From NCBI GenBank assembly GCA_016721825.1, contig JADKHI010000001.1:1294808-1358807 (forward strand): 64,000 bases of DNA, written 5' to 3'. This DNA comes from Flavobacteriales bacterium. GTDB taxonomy: Bacteria > Bacteroidota > Bacteroidia > Flavobacteriales_F > PHOS-HE28. The notes under the pieces are model-generated. The model was not told the DNA's origin, did no database searches, and saw only the letters and a list, made by a program, of their open reading frames with translations. The stretch's first letter is position 1. Each line of letters opens with the position of its first letter. The position numbers and the translations under genes are program-made. Below, piece by piece: positions 53,354 to 61,452 of the stretch.

Positions 53354-55297
53354 ATGACCATCGCGACCGCCTCTTCCATCTACTGCCCTTCGATGACCCG
53401 ATACGAGCGCTGGCAAACGCGCGCGGTGCGCATCGGCGACATCGGCATTGGTGGCGACAACCCGATCCGGGTGCAGAGCATGACCACTACGGATACGATG
53501 GATACGGCCGGCACGGTGGCCCAGAGCATCCGCATGATCGAAGCCGGCTGCGAGCTGGTGCGCATCACAGCCCCGAGCAAGAAGGAAGCAGAGAACCTGG
53601 CCGAGATCAAAAAGCAGTTGCGCGCCCAAGGCTATTCGACCCCGTTGGTGGCTGACATCCACTTCACACCGAACGCCGCCGAGATCGCGGCCCGCATCGT
53701 GGAGAAGGTGCGTGTGAACCCCGGCAACTACGCCGACAAGAAGAAGTTCGATGTGCGCGAGTACACCGACGACCAGTACCACGAGGAGCTGGAGCGCATC
53801 CGCGAACGCTTCACGCCGCTGGTCCGCATTTGCAAGGAGAACGGCACTGCCATGCGCATCGGCACCAACCACGGTAGCCTCAGCGACCGGATCCTGAACC
53901 GCTACGGCGACACACCGCTCGGCATGGTGGAGAGCGCGATGGAGTTCCTGCGCATCTGTGAGGATGAAGGCTATCACGAGGTGGTGCTTAGCATGAAGGC
54001 CAGTAACCCGCAGGTGATGGTGCAGGCCTACCGACTGCTGGTGAACCACATGCTGCGCGAAGGCATGACCTACCCGCTGCACCTCGGTGTTACCGAGGCC
54101 GGTGATGGTGAGGACGGTCGCGTGAAGAGCGCCGTGGGCATCGGTGCCTTGCTGGAGGATGGGCTCGGCGACACCATCCGCGTAAGTCTGACGGAAGATC
54201 CGGAAGCGGAGATCCCCGTGGCCAAGGCACTGGCCGATCGCTACACTGCGCGCCGCGGCCACGAGCCGATCCCCGAGATCCACCATGTGCCCATCGACCC
54301 CTTCAGCCACACGCGCCGCCACACACGTGCCGTGCTGAACATCGGTGCGCGCCATGTGCCGGTCGTGATCGCCGACCTCAGCACCAAGACCAAGATCACG
54401 CCCGCCACGCTCTTCCCTTGGGGATACCACTACAGCGTGCCGTTGGACAAGTGGAACCTGACCGATCAGGCCTGCGACTACCTCTTCCTCGGCGACCATC
54501 ACCTGGACTTCGAGATCCCCGGCACATTGGGTGTCATTCAGGAACACGCGACCTGGTTGAAGGACCGCAACAAGCCCCGCCACTACCCGCTGCTCACCGC
54601 GCGCGAACTGATGGACAACGCAGCCGTGCACCACGACCTCAACTTCGTCTACGCCACACTGAAGGAGCTGACGCCCGAGCTGATCGAAGCGCTGGAAGAG
54701 GACGACAGCTGCGTGCTGCTGCTCGACACCTTCAACGGACATGGCTACGCCGAACAGCGCGCCGCCTTCTTCAAATTGCTGGAGGCCAAGTGTGAAGTGC
54801 CAGTGATCATCGGCCGCGATTACGTGAACCTCGATCCGGAGCACCTGATGCTGCACGCCAGCACGGACCTCGGTGCCTTGCTGCTCGATGGTCTTGGCGA
54901 CGGCATCATGATCTGCCCGGAAAAGAGCGGCGGTGATGAGCTGGTGAACCGCTGTGCCTTCGGTGTGCTTCAAGCTACACGCACACGCATCAGCAAGACC
55001 GAGTACATCAGCTGCCCCAGTTGCGGGCGCACGCTCTTCGACCTGCAGGAGACCACCGCGAAGATCCGCTCACGCACCAGCCACCTCAAAGGGATCAAGA
55101 TCGGCATCATGGGCTGCATCGTGAACGGGCCGGGCGAAATGGCAGATGCCGATTACGGGTACGTAGGCACTGGCCCAGGCGTGATCACGCTGTACAAGGA
55201 GAAGGATGTTGTGAAGCGTAACGTGCCCAGTGAGCAGGCCGTGGACGAGCTCATCGGCTTGATCCGCCAGCATGGCGATTGGGTGGAGCCGGGGTAG
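53354..55297 (+). CDS. ispG: 4-hydroxy-3-methylbut-2-en-1-yl diphosphate synthase (long Bacteroidota-type IspG)
   Basis: IGIGGDNPIRVQSMTTTDT, VRITAPS, VADIHF, RVNPGNY, and C-terminal ISCPSCGRT...GIMGCIVNGPGEMADADYGYVG. Start chosen at 53354. Confidence 0.9.
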   Translation: MTIATASSIYCPSMTRYERWQTRAVRIGDIGIGGDNPIRVQSMTTTDTMDTAGTVAQSIRMIEAGCELVRITAPSKKEAENLAEIKKQLRAQGYSTPLVADIHFTPNAAEIAARIVEKVRVNPGNYADKKKFDVREYTDDQYHEELERIRERFTPLVRICKENGTAMRIGTNHGSLSDRILNRYGDTPLGMVESAMEFLRICEDEGYHEVVLSMKASNPQVMVQAYRLLVNHMLREGMTYPLHLGVTEAGDGEDGRVKSAVGIGALLEDGLGDTIRVSLTEDPEAEIPVAKALADRYTARRGHEPIPEIHHVPIDPFSHTRRHTRAVLNIGARHVPVVIADLSTKTKITPATLFPWGYHYSVPLDKWNLTDQACDYLFLGDHHLDFEIPGTLGVIQEHATWLKDRNKPRHYPLLTARELMDNAAVHHDLNFVYATLKELTPELIEALEEDDSCVLLLDTFNGHGYAEQRAAFFKLLEAKCEVPVIIGRDYVNLDPEHLMLHASTDLGALLLDGLGDGIMICPEKSGGDELVNRCAFGVLQATRTRISKTEYISCPSCGRTLFDLQETTAKIRSRTSHLKGIKIGIMGCIVNGPGEMADADYGYVGTGPGVITLYKEKDVVKRNVPSEQAVDELIGLIRQHGDWVEPG

Positions 55298-55299
55298 CG

Positions 55300-55609
55300 T
55301 CAACGCCCGGTACGGTTCACTCGCGTGTTCAGGTAATCCTTGATCGCCTTCACATACTGTTCGAAAGCCTTCAAACCCCTTCTGCGTGATGCTGCACACC
55401 GTGTTGGGGTAGTTATTCTTGAAGGTCTTCTTCACGTTGATGTAGCCTGCCTCCTTGAGCTTGGTGATCTGCACGCTGAGGTTACCACGGGTGGCGCCGG
55501 TCTTCTCCAGCAAAAAGTTGAAATCGCCCTCTTCCACAGCGACCAACAGGCTCATGACCGCCAGCCGCAACTGGTTGTGAAGGACCGGATCAAGCGGCGC
55601 GAAGCCCAT
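55300..55609 (-). pseudogene. Winged-helix (HTH_34-type) transcriptional regulator with an apparent 1-nt frameshift near 55367-55369
   Basis: The N-terminus MGFAPLDPVLHNQLRLAVMSLLVAVEEGDFNFLLEKTGATRGNLSVQITKLKEAGYINVKKTF...SITQKGFE is canonical. After FE the track frame runs antisense through the ispG 3' end. Shifting one base gives AFEQYVKAIKDYLNTRVNRTGR-stop, ending at 55300, 2 nt from the ispG stop. Confidence 0.6.
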
Positions 55610-56171
55610 CCTCTTTGCGTTTCAGCAGGATCCCCGGAACGATGTAGCCGACCACGATGGCGAAGGCGAACACCAATGAGCTGAACTCGTGCAACACGAA
55701 CAGCGATGCCAGACCGATCACCCAGAAAAGCACGCCACCGACCATCAACGGCCGGAATCGGATGAGGGCGCCGGTAACGAAGGTGGGCAGACCTGTTAGC
55801 AGCAGAACGTATGGATTCGGGTCTCGACCACCCGATACCGTTGCGACAATGAGCAGGACCAGCGTGACCGTATAGCTGCCCCAAAGCCACATCTGCACAC
55901 GGTCCATCAACGTGTTCACTTCCGCGCGCCTACCCTGCCGGGCTCCGTACACACCGCTGATGATCCCGCCTAACAGCCCCATGGCCGGCCACACAAGCCA
56001 ATGCATGCCAACCCCCTGCTGAAGCAGGATGTGATCGACCACGCCGGCCAAGGCGAAAAGCATTCCCCAGGCCAGGAAGTAGAAGTTCGATTTCTGTACG
56101 CTTTGCCTTGCCTGCTGCACCATCTCCTGGATCAGCTGGAGGCTTTGGGAAGGGGTCATCTCGGTTTCCAT
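55590..56171 (-). CDS. Hypothetical integral membrane protein (5-6 TM), first gene of the operon with the HTH regulator
   Basis: 193-aa ORF with multiple hydrophobic helices. It overlaps the regulator start by 20 nt. Confidence 0.65.
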   Translation of the reverse strand: METEMTPSQSLQLIQEMVQQARQSVQKSNFYFLAWGMLFALAGVVDHILLQQGVGMHWLVWPAMGLLGGIISGVYGARQGRRAEVNTLMDRVQMWLWGSYTVTLVLLIVATVSGGRDPNPYVLLLTGLPTFVTGALIRFRPLMVGGVLFWVIGLASLFVLHEFSSLVFAFAIVVGYIVPGILLKRKEDGLRAA

Positions 56172-56190
56172 GGTAGAGCGTTTGATGAAG

Positions 56191-56220
56191 CAAATGTAAA
56201 CATGTTTATTTCATAAACAA
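56191..56220 (-). promoter_or_regulatory. Bacteroidota-type promoter (TTG-N19-TACATTTG) with an embedded 12-bp palindrome (candidate operator)
   Basis: The minus strand reads TTGTTTATGAAATAAACATGTTTACATTTG. TACATTTG matches the TAnnTTTG -7 box and lies 20 nt upstream of the ATG at 56171. TTG sits 19 nt upstream of the box. The perfect palindrome TAAACATGTTTA (56197-56208) spans the spacer and the start of the -7 box. Confidence 0.45.
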
Positions 56221-56263
56221 TAGTCGACCAAAAAGCTCTCCCTCCAACCACTACTTTTCGTCC

Positions 56264-57223
56264 ATGTTCCGCCTGCTGCTCCTCCTCTCCCTTGCTTCCG
56301 CATCGCTCACCGCCCTTGGCCAGGACAAGGACATCCGTATCACACCCGCTTGGATACTGGGTGACACGCGTGTGGTGCGGACGACCGTCAACCTGCGCAT
56401 GCACCTCTCCGACTCCATGGACATGAAGGAGTCCAGCATCAGTTCCTACCACCTCAGCGTAAGGGAGCGCCGCAAGGATGGATCCAAGCTCTCCATCTCC
56501 TTCGCACCGGAAGACCTGCTGCCCCGCATGGAGGTGGATATGACCGGCGCTACGCCTGCAGCCGCCAACGCCATGATCGCGGCCAATGCCCCTCTGAAGC
56601 ATATGAACAACGCCGTTGAGGGCCCCATGCACGGCCTCGTACTGGACTACAACGTGGGGTTGAAAGGAGATCTGATCGGTCCGGTACAGGACGATGCCGC
56701 CAAGGAAAAGCTCCTTGATGCCTTGGCCACGGGAGCTGGCACCTACTACAGTACCGTGTCCAACGGTCCCAAATTCTCCAAGCCCCAGATCTACCACCTC
56801 TGTGACAGCATGCGTGATGATCTGGCCGCCTCACTTGAGAACGAAATGAGCTTGCTGCTGGATGGCTACCAGTATGCCTACCCGGCCAAAGGCAGCAAGC
56901 GCGAGCCCATGCAGGTGAAGGATGTGCAGGCACCCATGTTCCCGGATATTCCCGAGCTGCCGGCCATGGTGGAATACGGTTTCGACGAGATCAGTGCTGA
57001 CCGCGCCGTATGCCGCGTGGTGTTCCAGTACGACCAGAAGGCCCTGCGTGCCGCCTTGGTGAAGGAGGGACAGAAAGTGGAGCGTCTTGATCTGAGCGAA
57101 GAGCGCGTCTACACTTTCGACCGCCGCAGTGGTTGGCTCATCAGTGCTAGCCAGGCCGTGACGCTGGTGAAGGACCAGGTTCGGGTGAACATGGTAACAC
57201 GCTCGGATCTCAGCCCGAAATGA
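56264..57223 (+). CDS. Secreted hypothetical protein
   Basis: Signal peptide MFRLLLLLSLASASLTALGQ. 319 aa. I recognise no family. Confidence 0.6.
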   Translation: MFRLLLLLSLASASLTALGQDKDIRITPAWILGDTRVVRTTVNLRMHLSDSMDMKESSISSYHLSVRERRKDGSKLSISFAPEDLLPRMEVDMTGATPAAANAMIAANAPLKHMNNAVEGPMHGLVLDYNVGLKGDLIGPVQDDAAKEKLLDALATGAGTYYSTVSNGPKFSKPQIYHLCDSMRDDLAASLENEMSLLLDGYQYAYPAKGSKREPMQVKDVQAPMFPDIPELPAMVEYGFDEISADRAVCRVVFQYDQKALRAALVKEGQKVERLDLSEERVYTFDRRSGWLISASQAVTLVKDQVRVNMVTRSDLSPK

Positions 57224-57888
57224 GCGGTCGCCGGATCCTGCTTGCGGGAGCCACCGGGATGATCGGAAGCGCTGTTCTTGAATGCGCGCTGGCCGATGCG
57301 CGTATTGGAGAAGTGATCGTGCTCACGCGAAAGCCGCTGGGCTTTTCACACGCCAAGCTTGAAGAGCGCTGCTCGCTCGGGGCGGATCTGCTCACAGCGC
57401 TTCGACCCGAACCCGTTGATGCGGTGATCTGCTGCCTCGGCACAACGATCCGCAATGTCGGCGGTGACCAACGCAAGTTCATGCACGTCGACAAGGACCT
57501 CGTTGTCGGCCTGGCTCGCTGGGCGAAGGCACAGGCTGTGGGCACGCTCGCCATTGTGAGCGCCATCGGCGCCGATGCGGACAGTCGCATCTTCTACAAC
57601 CGCACGAAAGGGGAAATGGAACGCGAGGTAATCGCTTTCGGCATTCCTGCTACGCACCTCTTCCAGCCTTCCATCCTGACCGGGCCGCGAAAGGAAGTGC
57701 GGACCGGCGAACGCATAGGCATCACCGTCACCAAGCTCATCGCACCGCTCATGATCGGCAGCTTGCGCAAGTACCGGCCCATGCCACATGATGTGCTTGC
57801 CCAAGCCTTGATCAACGTCGCGATCATTGGCATGGCCGGTGTGCACCGACATACTTACGATGACATTCTGAAGTTGGCGCTCCGCTAG
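57220..57888 (+). CDS. NAD(P)H-binding (atypical SDR / HTATIP2-like) oxidoreductase
   Basis: The N-terminus ILLAGATGMIGSAVL is a Rossmann GxxGxxG motif. Also YNRTKGEME. The start overlaps the previous stop (ATGA). Confidence 0.75.
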   Translation: MSGRRILLAGATGMIGSAVLECALADARIGEVIVLTRKPLGFSHAKLEERCSLGADLLTALRPEPVDAVICCLGTTIRNVGGDQRKFMHVDKDLVVGLARWAKAQAVGTLAIVSAIGADADSRIFYNRTKGEMEREVIAFGIPATHLFQPSILTGPRKEVRTGERIGITVTKLIAPLMIGSLRKYRPMPHDVLAQALINVAIIGMAGVHRHTYDDILKLALR

Positions 57889-59159
57889 AACGTCGCTGTG
57901 CTGATGCGAAGCGCCTCGTTCTGCGCTTCGTCCAACTGCGCCAACAGCGTCGATCGCACTTGGTCGAAAGCTGCGCGCTCGGCAGGTGGGACAGGTTCGG
58001 CGCTGGGCATCTCCTCCTTGCGGTGGTCCACCTGCTCGCCGTTCTTCCAGAAGCGGAAGCAGACGTGTGGACCTGTGGCCAGACCTGTGCTGCCCACTTC
58101 CCCGATGCTTTGCCCCTGACCCACGTGCTGGCCGTTGCGCACCAGGATCTTGCGCATGTGCAGGTATTGCGTGCTGTAGGTGCCGTTGTGGCGGATCTTC
58201 ACGTAGTTGCCATTGCCAGCGGTCCAGCCGGCCTTCTCCACTACCCCATCGCCCACGGCCAGGATCGGTGTGCCATAGGGCGCGGCATAGTCGGTGCCCA
58301 GGTGCGCCTTGAACCGCTTCTGCACAGGATGGAAACGACGCTGGGTGAACCCGGAGCTCATGCGACTGAACTTCAACGGCGCCTTCAGGAAGGCCTTGCG
58401 CAGGCTGTTGCCCTCCCCATCGAAGTAGGCCACATGCGCACTGTCCGGAGCGAAGCGGAAGGCTTCCTTCGTGATATCGCTGGTGCTGTAGCGCACGCCC
58501 AGCACACGCGGCGCCCCATACGGCTCTCCATCCACCGTACGCTCTTCGTACACCACCGTGAAGCGGTCGTTCTTCTGGATCCGGTAGAAGTCGACAGACC
58601 ACTGGAACACGTCGGCCAGCTGCATGGTGAGCGCTGGATCCGCTCCGGCCTCCTTCAGGTCGTTCCACAACGCACCCGTCACCGCCACGCTCACGCTCTT
58701 CACCTCGGTCACCACCGGACGCTTGCCTACCCGGACGTTCATGGGCGGCTGCACGGCGAAGATCACATGCTCCACAGCGTCCACTTCGTACACGAAGTAG
58801 TGCGGCAGCCGCTCGGCATCATCCGTGAAGATCAGCGCGTAGGGATGCCCCGTCCGCAGCTTGCGTACGTCGAAGAGTGGCTGTGCCAACCGCACCAGGC
58901 TATCGATCGAGATGGCGCTAACGCCATGTCCGGCCAGCAGATCGCTGAAGGTCTGGCCAGCCTTCACGATGCCTTGCTCCAGTATGAAGCCGCTCATGGG
59001 CAGCCCGTAGGCGCTCGGTGGTGGTAGGGTGCTGTCGACCGCTGCGAGGGGCGGATCGGGCACGTACTCCACGTGGGGCGCCAGGTCCACACTGGTGACC
59101 ACGAGGCCCACGGTGGCCACAAGTCCACACGCCACCGTCCACTTCTGCCATCGCTTCAT
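57885..59159 (-). CDS. M23 family metallopeptidase
   Basis: HLGTDYAAPYGTPILAVGDGVV...NGNYVKIRHNGTYSTQYLHM...GEVGSTGLATGPHVCF are the HxxxD and HxH-type M23 motifs. Start chosen at MKRWQKWTVACGLVATVGLVV (59159). Confidence 0.85.
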   Translation of the reverse strand: MKRWQKWTVACGLVATVGLVVTSVDLAPHVEYVPDPPLAAVDSTLPPPSAYGLPMSGFILEQGIVKAGQTFSDLLAGHGVSAISIDSLVRLAQPLFDVRKLRTGHPYALIFTDDAERLPHYFVYEVDAVEHVIFAVQPPMNVRVGKRPVVTEVKSVSVAVTGALWNDLKEAGADPALTMQLADVFQWSVDFYRIQKNDRFTVVYEERTVDGEPYGAPRVLGVRYSTSDITKEAFRFAPDSAHVAYFDGEGNSLRKAFLKAPLKFSRMSSGFTQRRFHPVQKRFKAHLGTDYAAPYGTPILAVGDGVVEKAGWTAGNGNYVKIRHNGTYSTQYLHMRKILVRNGQHVGQGQSIGEVGSTGLATGPHVCFRFWKNGEQVDHRKEEMPSAEPVPPAERAAFDQVRSTLLAQLDEAQNEALRISTATF

Positions 59160-59208
59160 GTTCCCCCCCGCCGTGCGTTGATGCCCGGACCAGTGCCAAG
59201 AAAGCACA

Positions 59209-59235
59209 TCGCCCCGACGGTTAACGTCGGGGCGA
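59209..59235 (-). terminator. Hairpin after the DUF3108 gene
   Basis: TCGCCCCGAC-GGTTAAC-GTCGGGGCGA forms a 10-bp stem. On the minus strand it is followed by TGTGCTTTCTT. Confidence 0.45.
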
Positions 59236-59277
59236 CACGGATCATTTCAACGGTGCCCTCTTGATAGCGGCCAGCGC

Positions 59278-60111
59278 TTACTCCTTCGCGATGGGGTTGG
59301 ACAGGCCTTCATAGGCGCTCAATTCCATCTTGATCGAACCCACCAGCACCTTCGCTTCCGCAAGCACCGGGATGTGGTTCGCGTCATCGGTCACCCACAC
59401 GTTCAGGTCGTCGTTGGCCTTGAAGATGCGCCCTTCTTGCACCACGGGTTGGAACTTCATGCAACGGTACTTGCCACCGCGCAGCTTAACGGTCTCACGA
59501 CCCACAAAGCGCATCTTCAGCGGCCAGATCGCATCGTCCAGGAAGCAGTCAATGGCGAACTCATCTCCGGGCTTGGCCTTGCTGTAGTCGATGGTGCGGG
59601 CATAGTAGAAGGCGCTCAACATGTCCTGCACGTGGGCCGGTACGGCGTGCGTTTCCTTCTTCTGCGTGCTCACCTGATGGAGGTGCTGCTTGTAGCTGTA
59701 GTCCTGGCTGAAGGTGTAGCCTCCCTCGTTCACTCGCCGGATGAAGATCCACGGGAACACGCCCTGGCGATCGAAGTAGGTCTCGTAGTGGTCGTCCACC
59801 TTGTAGAAGGTGTTGAAGGCACCAACGCTGCGTCCTTTACCCACCGCACGAAGCATCTTGCGCCCTTGGATCATCAGGTCGCTCTCCTGTAGCTCGATCA
59901 CCGCCTCACCGGCGTTCACGAAACCATAGTGCAGCACGTAGGTCAACTTCTCGCCCGCTTTGAAGGCGCTATGTTCCACCGTCCGTAACGGAAAGGTCGA
60001 GGGCACACCTGGCGCAGGGCCGCCGGTCTGCACCTTGCCTTGTGCCATGGCCGAGGTCATCAGGGAAAGTCCGAACAACAGGAACAGGCTATTGCGTGTC
60101 ATGTCTCCCAT
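59278..60111 (-). CDS. DUF3108 domain-containing protein
   Basis: Signal peptide (MGD)MTRNSLFLLFGLSLMTSAMAQ; the start is 60111 or 60102. GEKLTYVLHYGFVNAGEAVIEL is the typical DUF3108 opening. Confidence 0.75.
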   Translation of the reverse strand: MGDMTRNSLFLLFGLSLMTSAMAQGKVQTGGPAPGVPSTFPLRTVEHSAFKAGEKLTYVLHYGFVNAGEAVIELQESDLMIQGRKMLRAVGKGRSVGAFNTFYKVDDHYETYFDRQGVFPWIFIRRVNEGGYTFSQDYSYKQHLHQVSTQKKETHAVPAHVQDMLSAFYYARTIDYSKAKPGDEFAIDCFLDDAIWPLKMRFVGRETVKLRGGKYRCMKFQPVVQEGRIFKANDDLNVWVTDDANHIPVLAEAKVLVGSIKMELSAYEGLSNPIAKE

Positions 60112-60156
60112 AACGCAAAGGTGGTGCCGAACAGGTGAAAGCCGGCTGTGGTCACC

Positions 60157-61452
60157 CTATAACAGCCTTCCGGCCAGCCACTTGAGCTGCAACTCGGACA
60201 CTTTGGCCTCGTAGCGGGCGACCAGCAGACGCTGTTCCGCAGCCAGGTAGCCTACCTGTACATCGCGGAGCTCCAAAGCGGTGAGAACACCTAGCCGATA
60301 GCTCTCAAGGGCCACATCCACCTGCGTACGGGCACCGGTCAGCTGCTCCAATTCCAGGGCTTCGCGTTGCAAGGCGGTGGTGTGCGCGTTCCAGGCGTTC
60401 AGCAGGCTTTCCTGCAGGTTCAGGGCCACCTGCTCCGTGGATAACGCGGCCTGCTCACGCTGAAGCCGGGCGACATCCCGGGCTGTGCGTTGCTGGCCTC
60501 CGTGGAAGAGCGGGATGGAGAGGCGCGCTCCCATGTCCGGACCCAGGCTTTGGTTGCTCTGAAGAAAGCCAACGGCCGAGCTGGAGCGCGTATAGCCATA
60601 GTTGGCGAACACGTCCAACCGTGGCAACATGTCACCGCGAAGCTCCTGCACGTGCAGGTCCGCAGCGATCTGCTGTTGGCGGGCCTGTTGCAGCATGCTG
60701 TTGGCCTGAAGGGACTGTTCGTTCAGTTGGGCCCTATCCAACGGGGCGATCGTCGGGATCTCAGGCGCTACGGCAAGCGGCGTTGCAGGATCGCGCGCCA
60801 TCAGGGTGTTCAGTCGACTTGCACTTTCGGCATCGCGCAACAGCAGATCCATCACGGAGGCGCTGTCGGTGCTCAGGTCCAAGCGCGCTTGTACCACGGC
60901 CAGTCCGCTGGCGGTCCCGATCCGTTGCCCGGCCTCTGCGATCGTCAGGCGCTCCTGCGAGATCCGCATCACTTCGCGTTGCAACGAGATGCCTTTGCGC
61001 AACTGCACCAGCTGGTAATAAGTCGAAAGCACCTCGTACACCGTAGCCTCGATCCGTTGGCGGAGCTGTGTCTGCCCGATCAGCTCCAAGGCTTCCAACC
61101 GGTCCTTGGTGGCGAACATCGTCAGCCCATCGAAGACGGTCCAGTTGAGCTGGACGGCTGCATCGAGCACACGCGCATCGGCATTATCGGCCTCACGCAC
61201 TTCACCGCTGAAGAAGGTCTGCTTCGTGCTGCTGTTGTCGATCGTGTAAGCGCCGACAGCGTCGAGGTTCGGCAGCATACCGGCCAGACCGGGCGTATTG
61301 AGCAGCTCCGCCCCTTTCGCATCCAGGCGTGCCAAGCGGATGCCGTAGTTCCTTTCCACGGCCAGGCGGACGGCTTCTTCGGCCGTAAGCACTTCCTGGG
61401 CGAAAAGACCGGTGGTCAGGCACAGGACGAGGAAGGTGATCAGCGGCCTCAT
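60157..61452 (-). CDS. TolC family outer membrane efflux protein
   Basis: Signal peptide MRPLITFLVLCLTTGLFAQ. EAVRLAVERNYGIRLARLD and the two-repeat helical/beta pattern fit TolC. The start overlaps the stop of the RND gene (ATGA at 61449-61452). Confidence 0.85.
   Translation of the reverse strand: MRPLITFLVLCLTTGLFAQEVLTAEEAVRLAVERNYGIRLARLDAKGAELLNTPGLAGMLPNLDAVGAYTIDNSSTKQTFFSGEVREADNADARVLDAAVQLNWTVFDGLTMFATKDRLEALELIGQTQLRQRIEATVYEVLSTYYQLVQLRKGISLQREVMRISQERLTIAEAGQRIGTASGLAVVQARLDLSTDSASVMDLLLRDAESASRLNTLMARDPATPLAVAPEIPTIAPLDRAQLNEQSLQANSMLQQARQQQIAADLHVQELRGDMLPRLDVFANYGYTRSSSAVGFLQSNQSLGPDMGARLSIPLFHGGQQRTARDVARLQREQAALSTEQVALNLQESLLNAWNAHTTALQREALELEQLTGARTQVDVALESYRLGVLTALELRDVQVGYLAAEQRLLVARYEAKVSELQLKWLAGRLL

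Noticed and set aside
53285-54973. A 562-aa minus-strand ORF opposite ispG.
   Set aside because: It is antisense to a clear IspG.
57346-58668. A 440-aa minus-strand ORF overlapping the NAD-binding and M23 peptidase genes in another frame.
   Set aside because: The M23 frame (57885-59159) carries the catalytic motifs. This ORF crosses a gene boundary and is R/G/P/A-rich junk.
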